Positions 30,114 to 39,403 of a stretch of 64,000 nt of DNA are shown here, in pieces. Location: contig JAAAPI010000101.1 in assembly GCA_009908325.1 (NCBI GenBank), forward strand, positions 17,117 through 81,116, read 5' to 3'. Origin of the DNA: Verrucomicrobiota bacterium (lineage in GTDB: Bacteria; Verrucomicrobiota; Verrucomicrobiia; Opitutales; Coraliomargaritaceae). The translations under genes were made by a program, and so were the position numbers. The notes beneath the pieces were generated by a model, which saw only the letters and a list, made by a program, of their open reading frames with translations, was not told the DNA's origin and searched no databases. How positions within the stretch are numbered: position 1 is the stretch's first letter; each line of letters starts with the position of its first letter.

Positions 30114-31697
30114 TTACCTCTGCCCGGTGCTGGCCTGATCGGTGAAGACGTAGCCTTTGGCTAGGGCCTCGTAGTCGGCGACTTGCTCGGTCTGCCATGC
30201 TTCGTCGCGGCCGAGTTCCTGGGCCAGGAGGCGGGCAACTTCGGGGGCGGCTTCGATGGAGGCGGCGGCGTTGAGCAGGAGGTTGCGGGTGCGGCGGGCG
30301 AGGACGTCCTCGACGGTGCGGGCCATTTCTTCGCGGGCGTGCCAGATGACTTCGGCCTTTTGGGTGGTGAGGTCCGGGTGCACCAGCTCGGCGAGGGCGG
30401 GATCGCTCTCGATGAGCGCTTCGATCTCCACAGAGTCGGCACCGTAGGGGACGAGGTTGACTTGCTTGGGCTCGGTCTTGGTCCAGCCGTGAATTTGTAA
30501 ATCCTCGGTCTGGCAGCGCTTGTGATCGAGCCCGGCGAGGGTCTCGGCCTGGTCGATGACGTCTTCGGCCATCTTGCGGTAGGTCGTCCATTTGCCGCCG
30601 GTCAGGGTAATGAGGCCGCTGCCGCTGATAATAATACTGTGGTCGCGGGAGAGTGCGGCGGTGTCGGAGCCATCCCCCGACTTGACGAGGGGGCGGAGCC
30701 CGGCGAAGACGCTGAGCACGTCGGCGGGTGTGGGGTCCTTGGTCAGGTATTTGCAGGCGTGGGTCATGACGAAGTCGCGCTCCTCCTCAAGGGCTCGGGG
30801 CTCGATGCTGTGGCCTTCCAGCGGGGTGTCTGTGGTGCCGACCACGACATGGTCGCGCCACGGCACGGCGAAGAGGACGCGGCCATCGGCGGTCTTGGGG
30901 ATCATGATGGCGGCGTTTCCGGGAAGGAAGCGCTTGGGCAGGACGATGTGGATGCCCTGGGAGACAGCGATGATGTTGGACGCTTTGGGATCGTCCATGC
31001 GACGTATGCCGTCAACAAATACGCCGGTCGCGTTGATGACGGACTTGGCGGCGACGGTGAAGGCCTGATCGCCCTCAAGGTCGTGTATTTTCACGCCGGA
31101 TACGCTGTCGTTTTCCTTAACCAGGCCGGTGCACTTCGCGTAGTTGACCATATTGGCACCGAGCTCGTCGGCGGTCTGAGCGAGATTGACGGCGAGGCGG
31201 GAGTCGTCGAACTGGCCGTCGTGGTAAATGACGCCCCCGACAAGTTTATCCGTTTCGATGGTGGGAATTTTCTCAATCGTCTCCGCCTTGCTGAGGTGGC
31301 GCGATGGAGAGAGGCCGAGCTTGCCCGCGAGTTGGTCGTAGACCTTCATGCCGATGCCGTAGAAGGGGCCCTGCCACCAGGAGTAATTGGGGATGACGAA
31401 GGCCTGGGAGCGAACGAGGTGGGGGGCGTTTTTAGCGAGGCGGCCGCGCTCGCGCAGGGCCTCCAGCACGAGGGAGATGTTGCCCTGCTGGAGGTAGCGG
31501 ACGCCGCCGTGGACGAGTTTGGTGGAGCGGCTGGAGGTGCCCTTGGCGAAGTCGGCCTGTTCAAAGAGGGCCACGCTGTGGCCGCGGGAAGCGGCATCGA
31601 CCGCGGCCCCGAGGCCGGAGGCACCGCCGCCGATAATGACGACGTCAAAGGGAGTTTTGGCGGAACGGATGCGTTCGAGCGCTCTGGAGCGTTGCAT
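30114..31697 (-). CDS. glpD: FAD-dependent glycerol-3-phosphate dehydrogenase
   Basis: DVVIIGGGASG, GTSSRSTKLVHGGVRYL, DGQFDDSR, FAGLRPL, GGKWTTYRKMAE. Confidence 0.93.
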   Translation of the reverse strand: MQRSRALERIRSAKTPFDVVIIGGGASGLGAAVDAASRGHSVALFEQADFAKGTSSRSTKLVHGGVRYLQQGNISLVLEALRERGRLAKNAPHLVRSQAFVIPNYSWWQGPFYGIGMKVYDQLAGKLGLSPSRHLSKAETIEKIPTIETDKLVGGVIYHDGQFDDSRLAVNLAQTADELGANMVNYAKCTGLVKENDSVSGVKIHDLEGDQAFTVAAKSVINATGVFVDGIRRMDDPKASNIIAVSQGIHIVLPKRFLPGNAAIMIPKTADGRVLFAVPWRDHVVVGTTDTPLEGHSIEPRALEEERDFVMTHACKYLTKDPTPADVLSVFAGLRPLVKSGDGSDTAALSRDHSIIISGSGLITLTGGKWTTYRKMAEDVIDQAETLAGLDHKRCQTEDLQIHGWTKTEPKQVNLVPYGADSVEIEALIESDPALAELVHPDLTTQKAEVIWHAREEMARTVEDVLARRTRNLLLNAAASIEAAPEVARLLAQELGRDEAWQTEQVADYEALAKGYVFTDQASTGQR

Positions 31698-31723
31698 GGT
31701 GTGGAGAATTGGAGTTTTATCTT

Positions 31724-31803
31724 GTAGCGGGCCGGTTTATCCCGCGATTCGAGCCGTGTAGCTATACTTGCTGGTCGTCTCCTGGCATAAAGCCAGTCGC
31801 TAC
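31724..31803. repeat. REPIN family D copy 2
   Basis: GTAGCGGGCCGGTTTATCCCGCGATTCG...CCTGGCATAAAGCCAGTCGCTAC; same 80-bp length as 13593-13672. Confidence 0.8.
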
Positions 31804-31848
31804 TTCCCTTAAAAAGGGAAGGAGTTTTTGGGGCTTTTGGTGTGTGGG

Positions 31849-33354
31849 CTAATCGACCGGGTCTTCCCAGTTTTTGGCGCGGGTGATGGCCTTGTCCCAG
31901 CCTTGGCGGAGGGCGGCCATTTCGGCGGGGTCGCGGTTCGGTGCTAAGGTGACGTCGTTGACCCAGTTATCGGCGATGGCCTGGCGGCTTTCCCAAAAGC
32001 CGACGGCGAGGCCAGCGAGGTAACCGGCACCGAGGGCGGTGGTCTCGATGCATTTGGGGCGAAGAACATTTTCGCCGAGCAGATCGGCTTGGAACTGAAG
32101 AAGTGGTTTACTATTGGAAGCACCGCCATCGACGCGGAGCTCTTTCAGGCTCAAACCACTGTCTTTTTCCATGCAGGTAACGAGATCGGCACTTTGAAAG
32201 GCGATGGATTCGAGGGCGGCGCGGCAGAAGTGGGCGCGGTTGGTGCCGCGAGTCATGCCGACGGCGACGCCACGGGCGTAGGGGTCCCAATGGGGCGCAC
32301 CGAGCCCGGCAAAGGCGGGCACGATGTAGAGGCCGTTGGCATCTTTCACGGTGTCGGCCACCCAGTCGAGTTCTTGGGCGGTGCGGACCATCTCGAGCTC
32401 GTCGCGCACCCATTGGACGACGGCCCCACCGATGAAGACCGAGCCTTCGAGGGCGTATTCGGTGCGGTCGCCGATGCGCCAGGCCACGGTGGTGAGGAGG
32501 TTGTTCTGCGAGCGGACAAATTCCTCGCCGGTATTCATGAGAAGGAAACAGCCCGTGCCGTAGGTGTTTTTGGCCATGCCCGGTTCAAAGCAGGCCTGGC
32601 CAAAAAGGGCGGCGTGCTGGTCGCCCGCGATACCCGCGATGGGCGCACCGGCGGGATAGAGCTTGGCATCGACGTGGCCATAGATCTCGGAGCAGGACTT
32701 GATCTCGGGGAGCATGCAGCGGGGCACGCCGAAGAGTTCGAGGAGTTCATCGTCCCAGTCGTCGGTCTCGATATTGTAAAAGAGGGTCCGGCTGGCATTG
32801 GTCAGGTCGGTCACATGGACCTTGTGGCCAGTCAGTTGCCAGACCAACCAGGCATCAACCGTGCCGAAGAGGAGCTCGCCGGCTTCGGCGCGGGCCCGCA
32901 CGCCGTCGACGTTTTCCAGAATCCAGCGCACCTTCGTACCCGCAAAATAAGGGTCCAGACGCAGACCGGTCTTTTGCGTGACCATAGCCTCGATGCCGTC
33001 ATTCATAAGTTGGCGGCAGTAGTCGGCGGTGCGGCGGTCCTGCCAGACGATGGCATTGTAAACCGGGCGCCCGGTTTTCTTATCCCAGATGATGGTGGTC
33101 TCGCGCTGATTGGTCACGCCGACGGCGGCTATTTGGTCGGTCGCCAGATTGGCGCGGGAAAGGGCCTCATTGGCGGTGGCGCTCTGGCTGGACCAGATCT
33201 CCATGGGGTCGTGCTCGACCCAGCCCGGCTTGGGGTAGATTTGCTGGAATTCCTTTTGTGCGGCGGCAACGATCTTACCCGAGTGATCCATGACTATGGC
33301 GCGCGAGCTGGTGGTGCCCTGGTCGAAGGCGAGAATGTATTTCTGGGTCGGCAT
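31849..33354 (-). CDS. glpK: glycerol kinase
   Basis: DQGTTSSRA, TNQRETT, WQDRRT, DPYFAGTK, GDQHAALFGQ, KNTYGTG, RVDGGA. Confidence 0.96.
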   Translation of the reverse strand: MPTQKYILAFDQGTTSSRAIVMDHSGKIVAAAQKEFQQIYPKPGWVEHDPMEIWSSQSATANEALSRANLATDQIAAVGVTNQRETTIIWDKKTGRPVYNAIVWQDRRTADYCRQLMNDGIEAMVTQKTGLRLDPYFAGTKVRWILENVDGVRARAEAGELLFGTVDAWLVWQLTGHKVHVTDLTNASRTLFYNIETDDWDDELLELFGVPRCMLPEIKSCSEIYGHVDAKLYPAGAPIAGIAGDQHAALFGQACFEPGMAKNTYGTGCFLLMNTGEEFVRSQNNLLTTVAWRIGDRTEYALEGSVFIGGAVVQWVRDELEMVRTAQELDWVADTVKDANGLYIVPAFAGLGAPHWDPYARGVAVGMTRGTNRAHFCRAALESIAFQSADLVTCMEKDSGLSLKELRVDGGASNSKPLLQFQADLLGENVLRPKCIETTALGAGYLAGLAVGFWESRQAIADNWVNDVTLAPNRDPAEMAALRQGWDKAITRAKNWEDPVD

Positions 33355-33384
33355 GGTTGGGGCGGGATTGGGGGTGCTGTTTGA

Positions 33385-33867
33385 TTAAAAAATCTTCTTC
33401 CCCTCGCAGAGATTGATTAACTCAGCTAGCGCAAGCGTAGTGGGTCGCCGCCCGCCTCCTTGTCGCAATACTTTGAGCATACCCTCGTTAGTCAAAGTCC
33501 TCAGCAAAGTAGCCAACATCCCTCGGCTTGGAGCATCATCACCGTCCCAGTTCAGGCGCGAACTGGTAAACACAGGCTGCTCAAAAATCTTGTCCAGCAG
33601 GGGCACGGCGAACTGCGAGTGGGTGACTGCGAGTTGCACCAAAGGGTCGCTCTCGTCGGCATGGTAGTAACGCTCCCAGTTATCCAGAGCGGGCATGACA
33701 TCCTCCGGTGCGGGCGGCACGAATTTTGCCGTCTCCATTGTGTCCCCCGGGGCACCAATCAAATTCTGCGAACTTCGAAATTTCCCGCGTGCCTTGTCCC
33801 GGCCACGCACACTGTCCAGCAGGATAGCGTGCAACTCCTTCAACAAATTCAGGTTAAAGGGCTGCAT
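33385..33867 (-). pseudogene. internally deleted Fic-family gene (catalytic HPFxDGNGR absent, C-terminal wHTH kept)
   Basis: LLKELHAILLDSVRG..K..G.FR..QN.IG...FVPP...DPLVQLAVTHSQF joins directly to AVPLLDKIFEQP...GRRP. Confidence 0.75.
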
Positions 33868-33901
33868 GGCTCATCAATTACTTGTCTCCGATATTTGGCA
33901 T

Positions 33902-34068
33902 TGGAGTATACACAACCGGGTTTGTGTATACTCCATCGCACATAAATCCTCTTGTGTTTAGTATTTTATGTTTCATTGCACACAAATTCTTTTGTGTCGA
34001 ATGTATTTCACACAAACTTCTTTGTGTGGAATATTTTACGGTTCATTGCACACAAAATCGGCTTTGGG
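33902..34068. repeat. array of five CACACAA-n-TTGTG palindromes upstream of the fic remnant
   Basis: Perfect TGGAGTATACACAA/TTGTGTATACTCCA plus four degenerate copies; TATTTTAYGKTTCATTGCACACAAA repeated at 33962 and 34032. Confidence 0.8.
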
Positions 34069-34196
34069 CTTGGTTCGAAGGGGATGGAGACGGTGCCGCG
34101 GTAGGCTTCGAGGAGTTCTTCGTTGAGGCTGCCCTTGAGGTCCTTGGCCAGTTTGGCCCAGCCGTCCTTGGCCCCCGGCCATGGGGAAGAAAAGGT
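34068..34196 (-). pseudogene. C-terminal fragment of a type III R-M Mod-like DNA methyltransferase
   Basis: Minus strand reads FFPMAG (frameshift) [34 protein letters not shown], resembling Mod C-termini as I recall them. Confidence 0.55.
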
Positions 34197-34329
34197 AAGC
34201 CGACCAGCGTCGGGGCGTGTCTATCCGCTGGCATGTAGGAATACCGACGCCGTCCGGCAAAGGAAGGGGCCGGGCCGCTCGCAATCCGGGCTGGACTCTG
34301 GCTGGGAATCGGGTGTCGTTGGGGGGATC

Positions 34330-35055
34330 ATGTTTGGGCGCGGGTTCAGTCAAGCCTTTCTGGATACCTTCTTCCCGAGAAGTTGCGTGCATTGTGGGGA
34401 GGGTGCGGACGGTGACCGCTATCAGTTTCTCTGCCAAGCCTGCAGCCGCGAGATCTTTTTGTCGCGGCCGCCGAGCTGCACCACCTGCGGGTATCCTTTT
34501 TTCGGGTTGCTCAGCGGCTCGCGGGTCTGCCCGCACTGCGAGGCCCTGGAGCCGCTCTTTGACGAAGGGCGCACGCTCTTTCTGGCCAAGGGTCCGGCGC
34601 GCTCGTTGATCCATGAGCTCAAATATAATTCGGGGTTTTACATACTGGAGGATGTCAGAGCGATGATCGAGTCGACGCCCTACTACCGCAACTACTTTGA
34701 TGGCGCGACCCTTGTGCCAGTGCCGCTGCACGCCACGAAGGAGCGCGAGCGTGGTTTCAACCAGAGCCGGGAAATCGCCCGGGCAATTTGCGCCGTCACG
34801 GGAGCCAGCGGGGTGGCGGATGTCCTTGAGCGGCGGGTTTACACGCAAACGCAGACACGCTTGAGCCGGGAGGCCCGTCACCAAAATGTCAAAAATGCCT
34901 TTGCTTTGGCGGCCGATGGCGCTGTAATGGTAAATAAATCTTACATATTGGTCGATGATGTTTTCACCACCGGGTCGACACTCAATGCCTGCGCGGCCGT
35001 TCTGCGCGACGCGGGTGTGACCCGACTCAAGGTGGCGACACTCGGCCACGGATAA
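34330..35055 (+). CDS. comF: ComF family protein (double zinc ribbon + phosphoribosyltransferase)
   Basis: Four CxxC motifs, PVPLH....[23 protein letters not shown]. Confidence 0.9.
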   Translation: MFGRGFSQAFLDTFFPRSCVHCGEGADGDRYQFLCQACSREIFLSRPPSCTTCGYPFFGLLSGSRVCPHCEALEPLFDEGRTLFLAKGPARSLIHELKYNSGFYILEDVRAMIESTPYYRNYFDGATLVPVPLHATKERERGFNQSREIARAICAVTGASGVADVLERRVYTQTQTRLSREARHQNVKNAFALAADGAVMVNKSYILVDDVFTTGSTLNACAAVLRDAGVTRLKVATLGHG

Positions 35056-35170
35056 GCGGCCCCCGGCCCGTAGTTTTTCAGTTTTCAGTTTCGCACTTAT
35101 CAGTTAACAAAAAAATGACCAGAGGTCCCGCAATCGGGCCGATGGTAGTCACTTTTACGTATATTTCCCC

Positions 35171-36025
35171 ATGGCACTCTTCGGAAAACCACAGTATTCG
35201 ACCGTCACGGTTAAGAAAAAGGATATCCCCAAGGATCTTTGGACGAAATGCCCAAAGACCGGGGAAATCATCTACAACCGCGTCTTGAAAGAAAATCTCA
35301 TGGTGGTGCCGAGCAGCGGCTATCACTTCCCGCTGCAAGCGCGCGACCGCATCGCTTCGATGCTCGATGCGAATACCTTCGAGGAGATGGATAAAGGGGT
35401 GCGCTCGCTGGACCCGCTGGAGTTTAACGCCACGTCTTCGTATCCGGAAAAGCTGAAACAAAACCAGGCCAAGACCAAGGAAACGGACACGGTGATCTCC
35501 GGAATGGGGACGCTGGGCGGCATGCCGGTCAGTATCGCGGTGATGGACTTTCGCTTCATGGCAGCCAGCCTGGGCTCAGCGGCCGGCGAGAAAATCACCC
35601 GGGTGATCGAGCGCGGTGTGGAGAAAAAATGCCCTGTGATTATCGTTTCGGCCTCGGGCGGTGCGCGCATGCAGGAGGGGATCCTGAGTTTAATGCAAAT
35701 GGCCAAAACCAGCGCCGCGCTGGCCAGGCTGGGCGCAGCCGGACTGCCCTACTTTTCCATTTTGACCAATCCGACCATGGCGGGTGTGATGGCGAGCTTC
35801 GCCTCGTTGGGCGACGTCATAATCGCTGAGCCAGAGGCTCTGATCGGATTCGCCGGGCCGCGCGTGATTAAAGAGACTACGCGGCAGGATCTGCCCGCTG
35901 GTTTCCAAACGTCGGAGTTCTTGCTGGAGCACGGCCTGATCGATCTGATCATCCCTCGGGGCGAGCTGCGCGACCGCATGATCAACCTGATCAAAGCACT
36001 GTATGGAGCCAAGCAAAGTGCGTAG
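35171..36025 (+). CDS. accD: acetyl-CoA carboxylase carboxyltransferase beta subunit
   Basis: [52 protein letters not shown]. Confidence 0.96.
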   Translation: MALFGKPQYSTVTVKKKDIPKDLWTKCPKTGEIIYNRVLKENLMVVPSSGYHFPLQARDRIASMLDANTFEEMDKGVRSLDPLEFNATSSYPEKLKQNQAKTKETDTVISGMGTLGGMPVSIAVMDFRFMAASLGSAAGEKITRVIERGVEKKCPVIIVSASGGARMQEGILSLMQMAKTSAALARLGAAGLPYFSILTNPTMAGVMASFASLGDVIIAEPEALIGFAGPRVIKETTRQDLPAGFQTSEFLLEHGLIDLIIPRGELRDRMINLIKALYGAKQSA

Positions 36026-36066
36026 TTGCGTAGTGAGCGCAACGGGCGCAGGGTGCCGTAGGATCT

Positions 36067-36143
36067 GTAGGGGCTTCACTTGTGAAGACCGCAGTGCCCA
36101 CCGGTGGCTCATGCGGCGCGGTCTTCACAAGTGAAGCCCCTAC
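36067..36143. repeat. REPIN family A (inverted pair of GTAGGGGCTTCACTTGTGAAGACCGC)
   Basis: Perfect 26-bp inverted repeats between accD and folC; same family as the REPs around the menE-fused RAYT. Confidence 0.9.
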
Positions 36144-36145
36144 GT

Positions 36146-37417
36146 ATGATGAATGATTTCTCCGAGACGTTGGACTACCTCTACGCTTTAAAAAACCGGG
36201 GCTCCAAATACGGTATCGACCGCATGCGCTTGCTGGTCGAGGCGCTGGAGCATCCGGAGCGGGCGTTTCCCGTGATCCACGTGGCGGGGACAAACGGCAA
36301 GGGATCCATCTGTGCCATGCTCGAGGCGCTGTATCGCGACAATGGCTACAAGACGGGGCTGTTCACCTCACCCCACCTGATCCACTTGGGCGAGCGGGTG
36401 CAGGTGAATCGGCAAATGCTGACGAATCCGGAGATCGCAGATTATACCGAGCAACTCAAGCCGGTGGCCGCCGAGTTGGGTCGGGACGATCAAGACCTGC
36501 ACCCGACCTTCTTCGAGTTTGTCACAGCAATGGCCTTTCTGCGCTTTGCAAACGAGCGGGTCGACATCGCCTGCATCGAGACGGGACTGGGCGGGCGGCT
36601 GGATGCGAGCAATGTGGTGGACCCGAAGTTAAGCATCATCACGACGATCAGTCTCGACCACACCGAGATGCTCGGCGACACCCTGGCCACCATTGCCGCA
36701 GAAAAGGCTGGCATTATCAAGCCGGGCAAACCGGTCCTGATGGGGCGACTGCCCGCCGAGGCGGAGGCGGTCGTGCGGAGCGTGGCAGCGGAGCGCGGCT
36801 GCCGACTCTACGAGCTGGCGGAGCGCTTTCCCGATGCAAATGCTCTACCTCAGACGAATCTGGAAGGCGACTTCCAACGCTGGAACGCTGGGCTAGCCGT
36901 ATATGCGACGGAGATTTTGGCGGAGCGGCTTCCGCTGGAGTCGACAGCCGCATTGGGAAAAGTGGACTGGGCGGGGCGCTGGCAACGGCTGGAGATCGAT
37001 GGCCGCCAACTGATCCTCGATGCCTCGCACAATCCGGAAGGCGTGCGGGAGCTGGCGAAGAATCTGGATAAGCTCGCAGCCGAGGAAGGTCGTCCACCGA
37101 TAATTATTATGGGCACGCTTGGGGAAGATCGCGCGCGTAGCCTCATGGCGGTGGTGGAGCCACGGGCGGGGGGACTGTATCTGGTCGCACCGCAGCAGGA
37201 GCGGGCCACGCCGACCGCGTTTCTGAAAAGCTGTTTGGACCGCGATGCCGTGGAGACCGAAGTGGATGCGATCTTTCCCGAGCCGGGCAGGTGCACCGTG
37301 GGCAAGCCCGATGATACGATCGTGCTGACCGGCTCGATTTATTTAATCGGCGAAGTGATGGAGCGGATACAGGGCACCGATTCGAAAGACGGGAGCAAGC
37401 TGCAGGATCGGGTTTGA
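36146..37417 (+). CDS. folC: folylpolyglutamate synthase/dihydrofolate synthase
   Basis: [56 protein letters not shown]. Confidence 0.95.
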   Translation: MMNDFSETLDYLYALKNRGSKYGIDRMRLLVEALEHPERAFPVIHVAGTNGKGSICAMLEALYRDNGYKTGLFTSPHLIHLGERVQVNRQMLTNPEIADYTEQLKPVAAELGRDDQDLHPTFFEFVTAMAFLRFANERVDIACIETGLGGRLDASNVVDPKLSIITTISLDHTEMLGDTLATIAAEKAGIIKPGKPVLMGRLPAEAEAVVRSVAAERGCRLYELAERFPDANALPQTNLEGDFQRWNAGLAVYATEILAERLPLESTAALGKVDWAGRWQRLEIDGRQLILDASHNPEGVRELAKNLDKLAAEEGRPPIIIMGTLGEDRARSLMAVVEPRAGGLYLVAPQQERATPTAFLKSCLDRDAVETEVDAIFPEPGRCTVGKPDDTIVLTGSIYLIGEVMERIQGTDSKDGSKLQDRV

Positions 37418-37432
37418 AAAGTTTGATTAGTA

Positions 37433-38296
37433 CTAGGCTAACAAATCCAACGGTAAATCCGCGATGTCGCGAAGCCGTTTACCTGCAATCATAATATCGA
37501 GTGATTGTAAGGCCTCATCATTTCCAGTTTCGAGGATACTTTCGCGCAATTCGTTGAGGGCGAAATGGTAAACGCAGTCGATGTCCCCGGTGCCTAGTGC
37601 GAGCGAGGAAATGCGGCTTGGCGTCGGTTCGGCTGTAACCACCATAATGTGCGGACAACGCCCTTTTCTGTTTCGCAAAAGATTCAGGGCCTCTGATCGG
37701 GCATTTTGTGCGCGATCACTTCGTAAGGTCCATTTGCAGGAAATACTTGCAAGCAGTAGCGAGATTTGATTGTTGGACTTTCGGATCGGAGTCCGTATTG
37801 CGATTTGCTGGTCAACCAGATTGTCAATCAAGTTGATTTCCTTGTCCTCATAGGGCTCCATCGAAATAATGATGTCTGGTGCAATCGCATAGTCGTTTCC
37901 CAAGGCTGTAGCGAGATCCGAGTAATGCGCTGCCAATGCTTTTAGTTCATGCAAATGGTGGTATTGTTCGAATTTTGAGATTCCCGATTTTCGGCTAGTC
38001 ACATGTTCGCAGATCCATTTTCCTTTTCGAAGGTGTTCAAGCCGGTTGAAACAGCTTTCGATGAATTCCAAACAGCTACTTTCAAAGGCATGGCCAGAAT
38101 GTTGGCCCGATGCTTTTGTCGCTTCACTTGAATTACCCAATTTTGGAATCAGTAGAGTCGATACAAGTTTACTGAATTTTTGGCCCTTATCGGCGATTGA
38201 TGGAATTCCATCGGCGTCCACAGTAAGAACTGTTTGAAGCAATTGCTCGTGAAAATGATCGCGATATTTCTGGAAGTAAGTATCCATATTTTTCAC
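37433..38296 (-). CDS. NgoMIV-family type II restriction endonuclease
   Basis: PDII, ASISCKWTLRSDRAQNARSEALNL.RNRKG..PHI.VVTAEPTPSRISSLALGTGDIDCVYHF; lower GC. Confidence 0.9.
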   Translation of the reverse strand: MKNMDTYFQKYRDHFHEQLLQTVLTVDADGIPSIADKGQKFSKLVSTLLIPKLGNSSEATKASGQHSGHAFESSCLEFIESCFNRLEHLRKGKWICEHVTSRKSGISKFEQYHHLHELKALAAHYSDLATALGNDYAIAPDIIISMEPYEDKEINLIDNLVDQQIAIRTPIRKSNNQISLLLASISCKWTLRSDRAQNARSEALNLLRNRKGRCPHIMVVTAEPTPSRISSLALGTGDIDCVYHFALNELRESILETGNDEALQSLDIMIAGKRLRDIADLPLDLLA

Positions 38297-38299
38297 TCT

Positions 38300-39295
38300 C
38301 TATGCCTTTGCTTCCATGAAACTAAGCTGCCCGGTCTCATCCCGTACTATAGGATAACCTGTATTTTTCTTTTCGAGTGCGATTCGCAACTGCCGAGCGA
38401 CTGCTTTTGCAACGGGCGGGGGGAAGGCATTCCCAATTTGTCGATAGGCTGCGGTTTTACCTCCGGCGAAACTCCAATCGTCTGGAAATCCCTGCAGTCG
38501 AGCGACCATGCGGATAGTCAGGCGAGGCATAAAATCGTCGGGGGCATCGCTCGGGGGAGCCGCGTTGGCAATTCCCTTGCCATCGATCCCAAGAACGGCC
38601 CATTGGCGTTTAGCCCGGGTTGGCCCAAGGTCGGGACCCCCGTGTTTCTTAGATCCACCGACAAGGGTGGGCGCAATATGATTCGCTTTTTCGACGAGTT
38701 TATTCACACCAGACCAGCCATTTTCGGATAATAAATCAAAGAGCGTGGACCCGACGGTCTTTTTGCAGGGAGAAGAAGCGGGCCAATAAAAGTGAGGAGC
38801 AAACTCTTCCTTTAAACCAACGATCACATACCTAGGTCGCAACTGTGGAACTCCGTAAAGGCTAGCATTGAGCAACTTGGCATCCACGGAATAACCCAAG
38901 TCGGTCAAATCATCGACGATTCTCTGGCGATAGAACCGAAACTTTTCGGTAGCGAATCCGGCTACGTTTTCCAACATAAAGGTTTTCGGGCCGACCTCCC
39001 TGATGATACGAATCGCTTCGGGAAACAAGTCTCGCTCGTCGGCATCGCCAAGCTGCTTGCCAGCGACCGAGAAGGGAGGACAGGGGACGCCGGCAGCGAA
39101 CAAATCGACGTTTTTATATGCGGTTCCATCGAACTTGGACATGTCGTGTTCGAGCACATTCCAATTCGGTCGATTGAGACGAAGCGTCGCGCAGGCATGC
39201 TTATCGATTTCCAGAGCAACCGCAGAATCAAAACCTGCTTGTTCCAGCCCAAGCGCCTGACCTCCACCTCCCGCACACATCTCAATTGCTAGCAT
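38300..39295 (-). CDS. C5 cytosine DNA methyltransferase (cognate of the NgoMIV-like REase)
   Basis: EMCAGGGGQALG, GVPCPPFS, ENV, GVPQLRPR, RQIGNAFPPPVA. Confidence 0.93.
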   Translation of the reverse strand: MLAIEMCAGGGGQALGLEQAGFDSAVALEIDKHACATLRLNRPNWNVLEHDMSKFDGTAYKNVDLFAAGVPCPPFSVAGKQLGDADERDLFPEAIRIIREVGPKTFMLENVAGFATEKFRFYRQRIVDDLTDLGYSVDAKLLNASLYGVPQLRPRYVIVGLKEEFAPHFYWPASSPCKKTVGSTLFDLLSENGWSGVNKLVEKANHIAPTLVGGSKKHGGPDLGPTRAKRQWAVLGIDGKGIANAAPPSDAPDDFMPRLTIRMVARLQGFPDDWSFAGGKTAAYRQIGNAFPPPVAKAVARQLRIALEKKNTGYPIVRDETGQLSFMEAKA

Positions 39296-39403
39296 GTCAG
39301 AACGTTCTCAGATTGATTGGCGGGCTCAAGTCAAAAGATTTACCGACCCTTCTCACCCTTCTCTATTGCTTAACACACCCAAGCTTTCGAAGCTACCTAT
39401 GAA

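Noticed and set aside
30522-33384. Long plus-strand ORFs (401 and 431 aa)
   Set aside because: Antisense shadows of glpD and glpK caused by GC3 bias; the same applies to similar ORFs opposite ftsK, prfA, glnD, guaB and the CPA2 genes.
33902-34068. CRISPR or integron attC array
   Set aside because: Units are degenerate with almost no unique spacer; no RYYYAAC/GTTRRRY ends and no integrase.
34036-35049. 337-aa minus-strand ORF
   Set aside because: Shadow of comF; only a short stretch near its end touches the Mod remnant.
36104-36145. REP-encoded N-terminal extension of FolC
   Set aside because: The upstream start lies within the REPIN; ATG at 36146/36149 fits normal FolC length.
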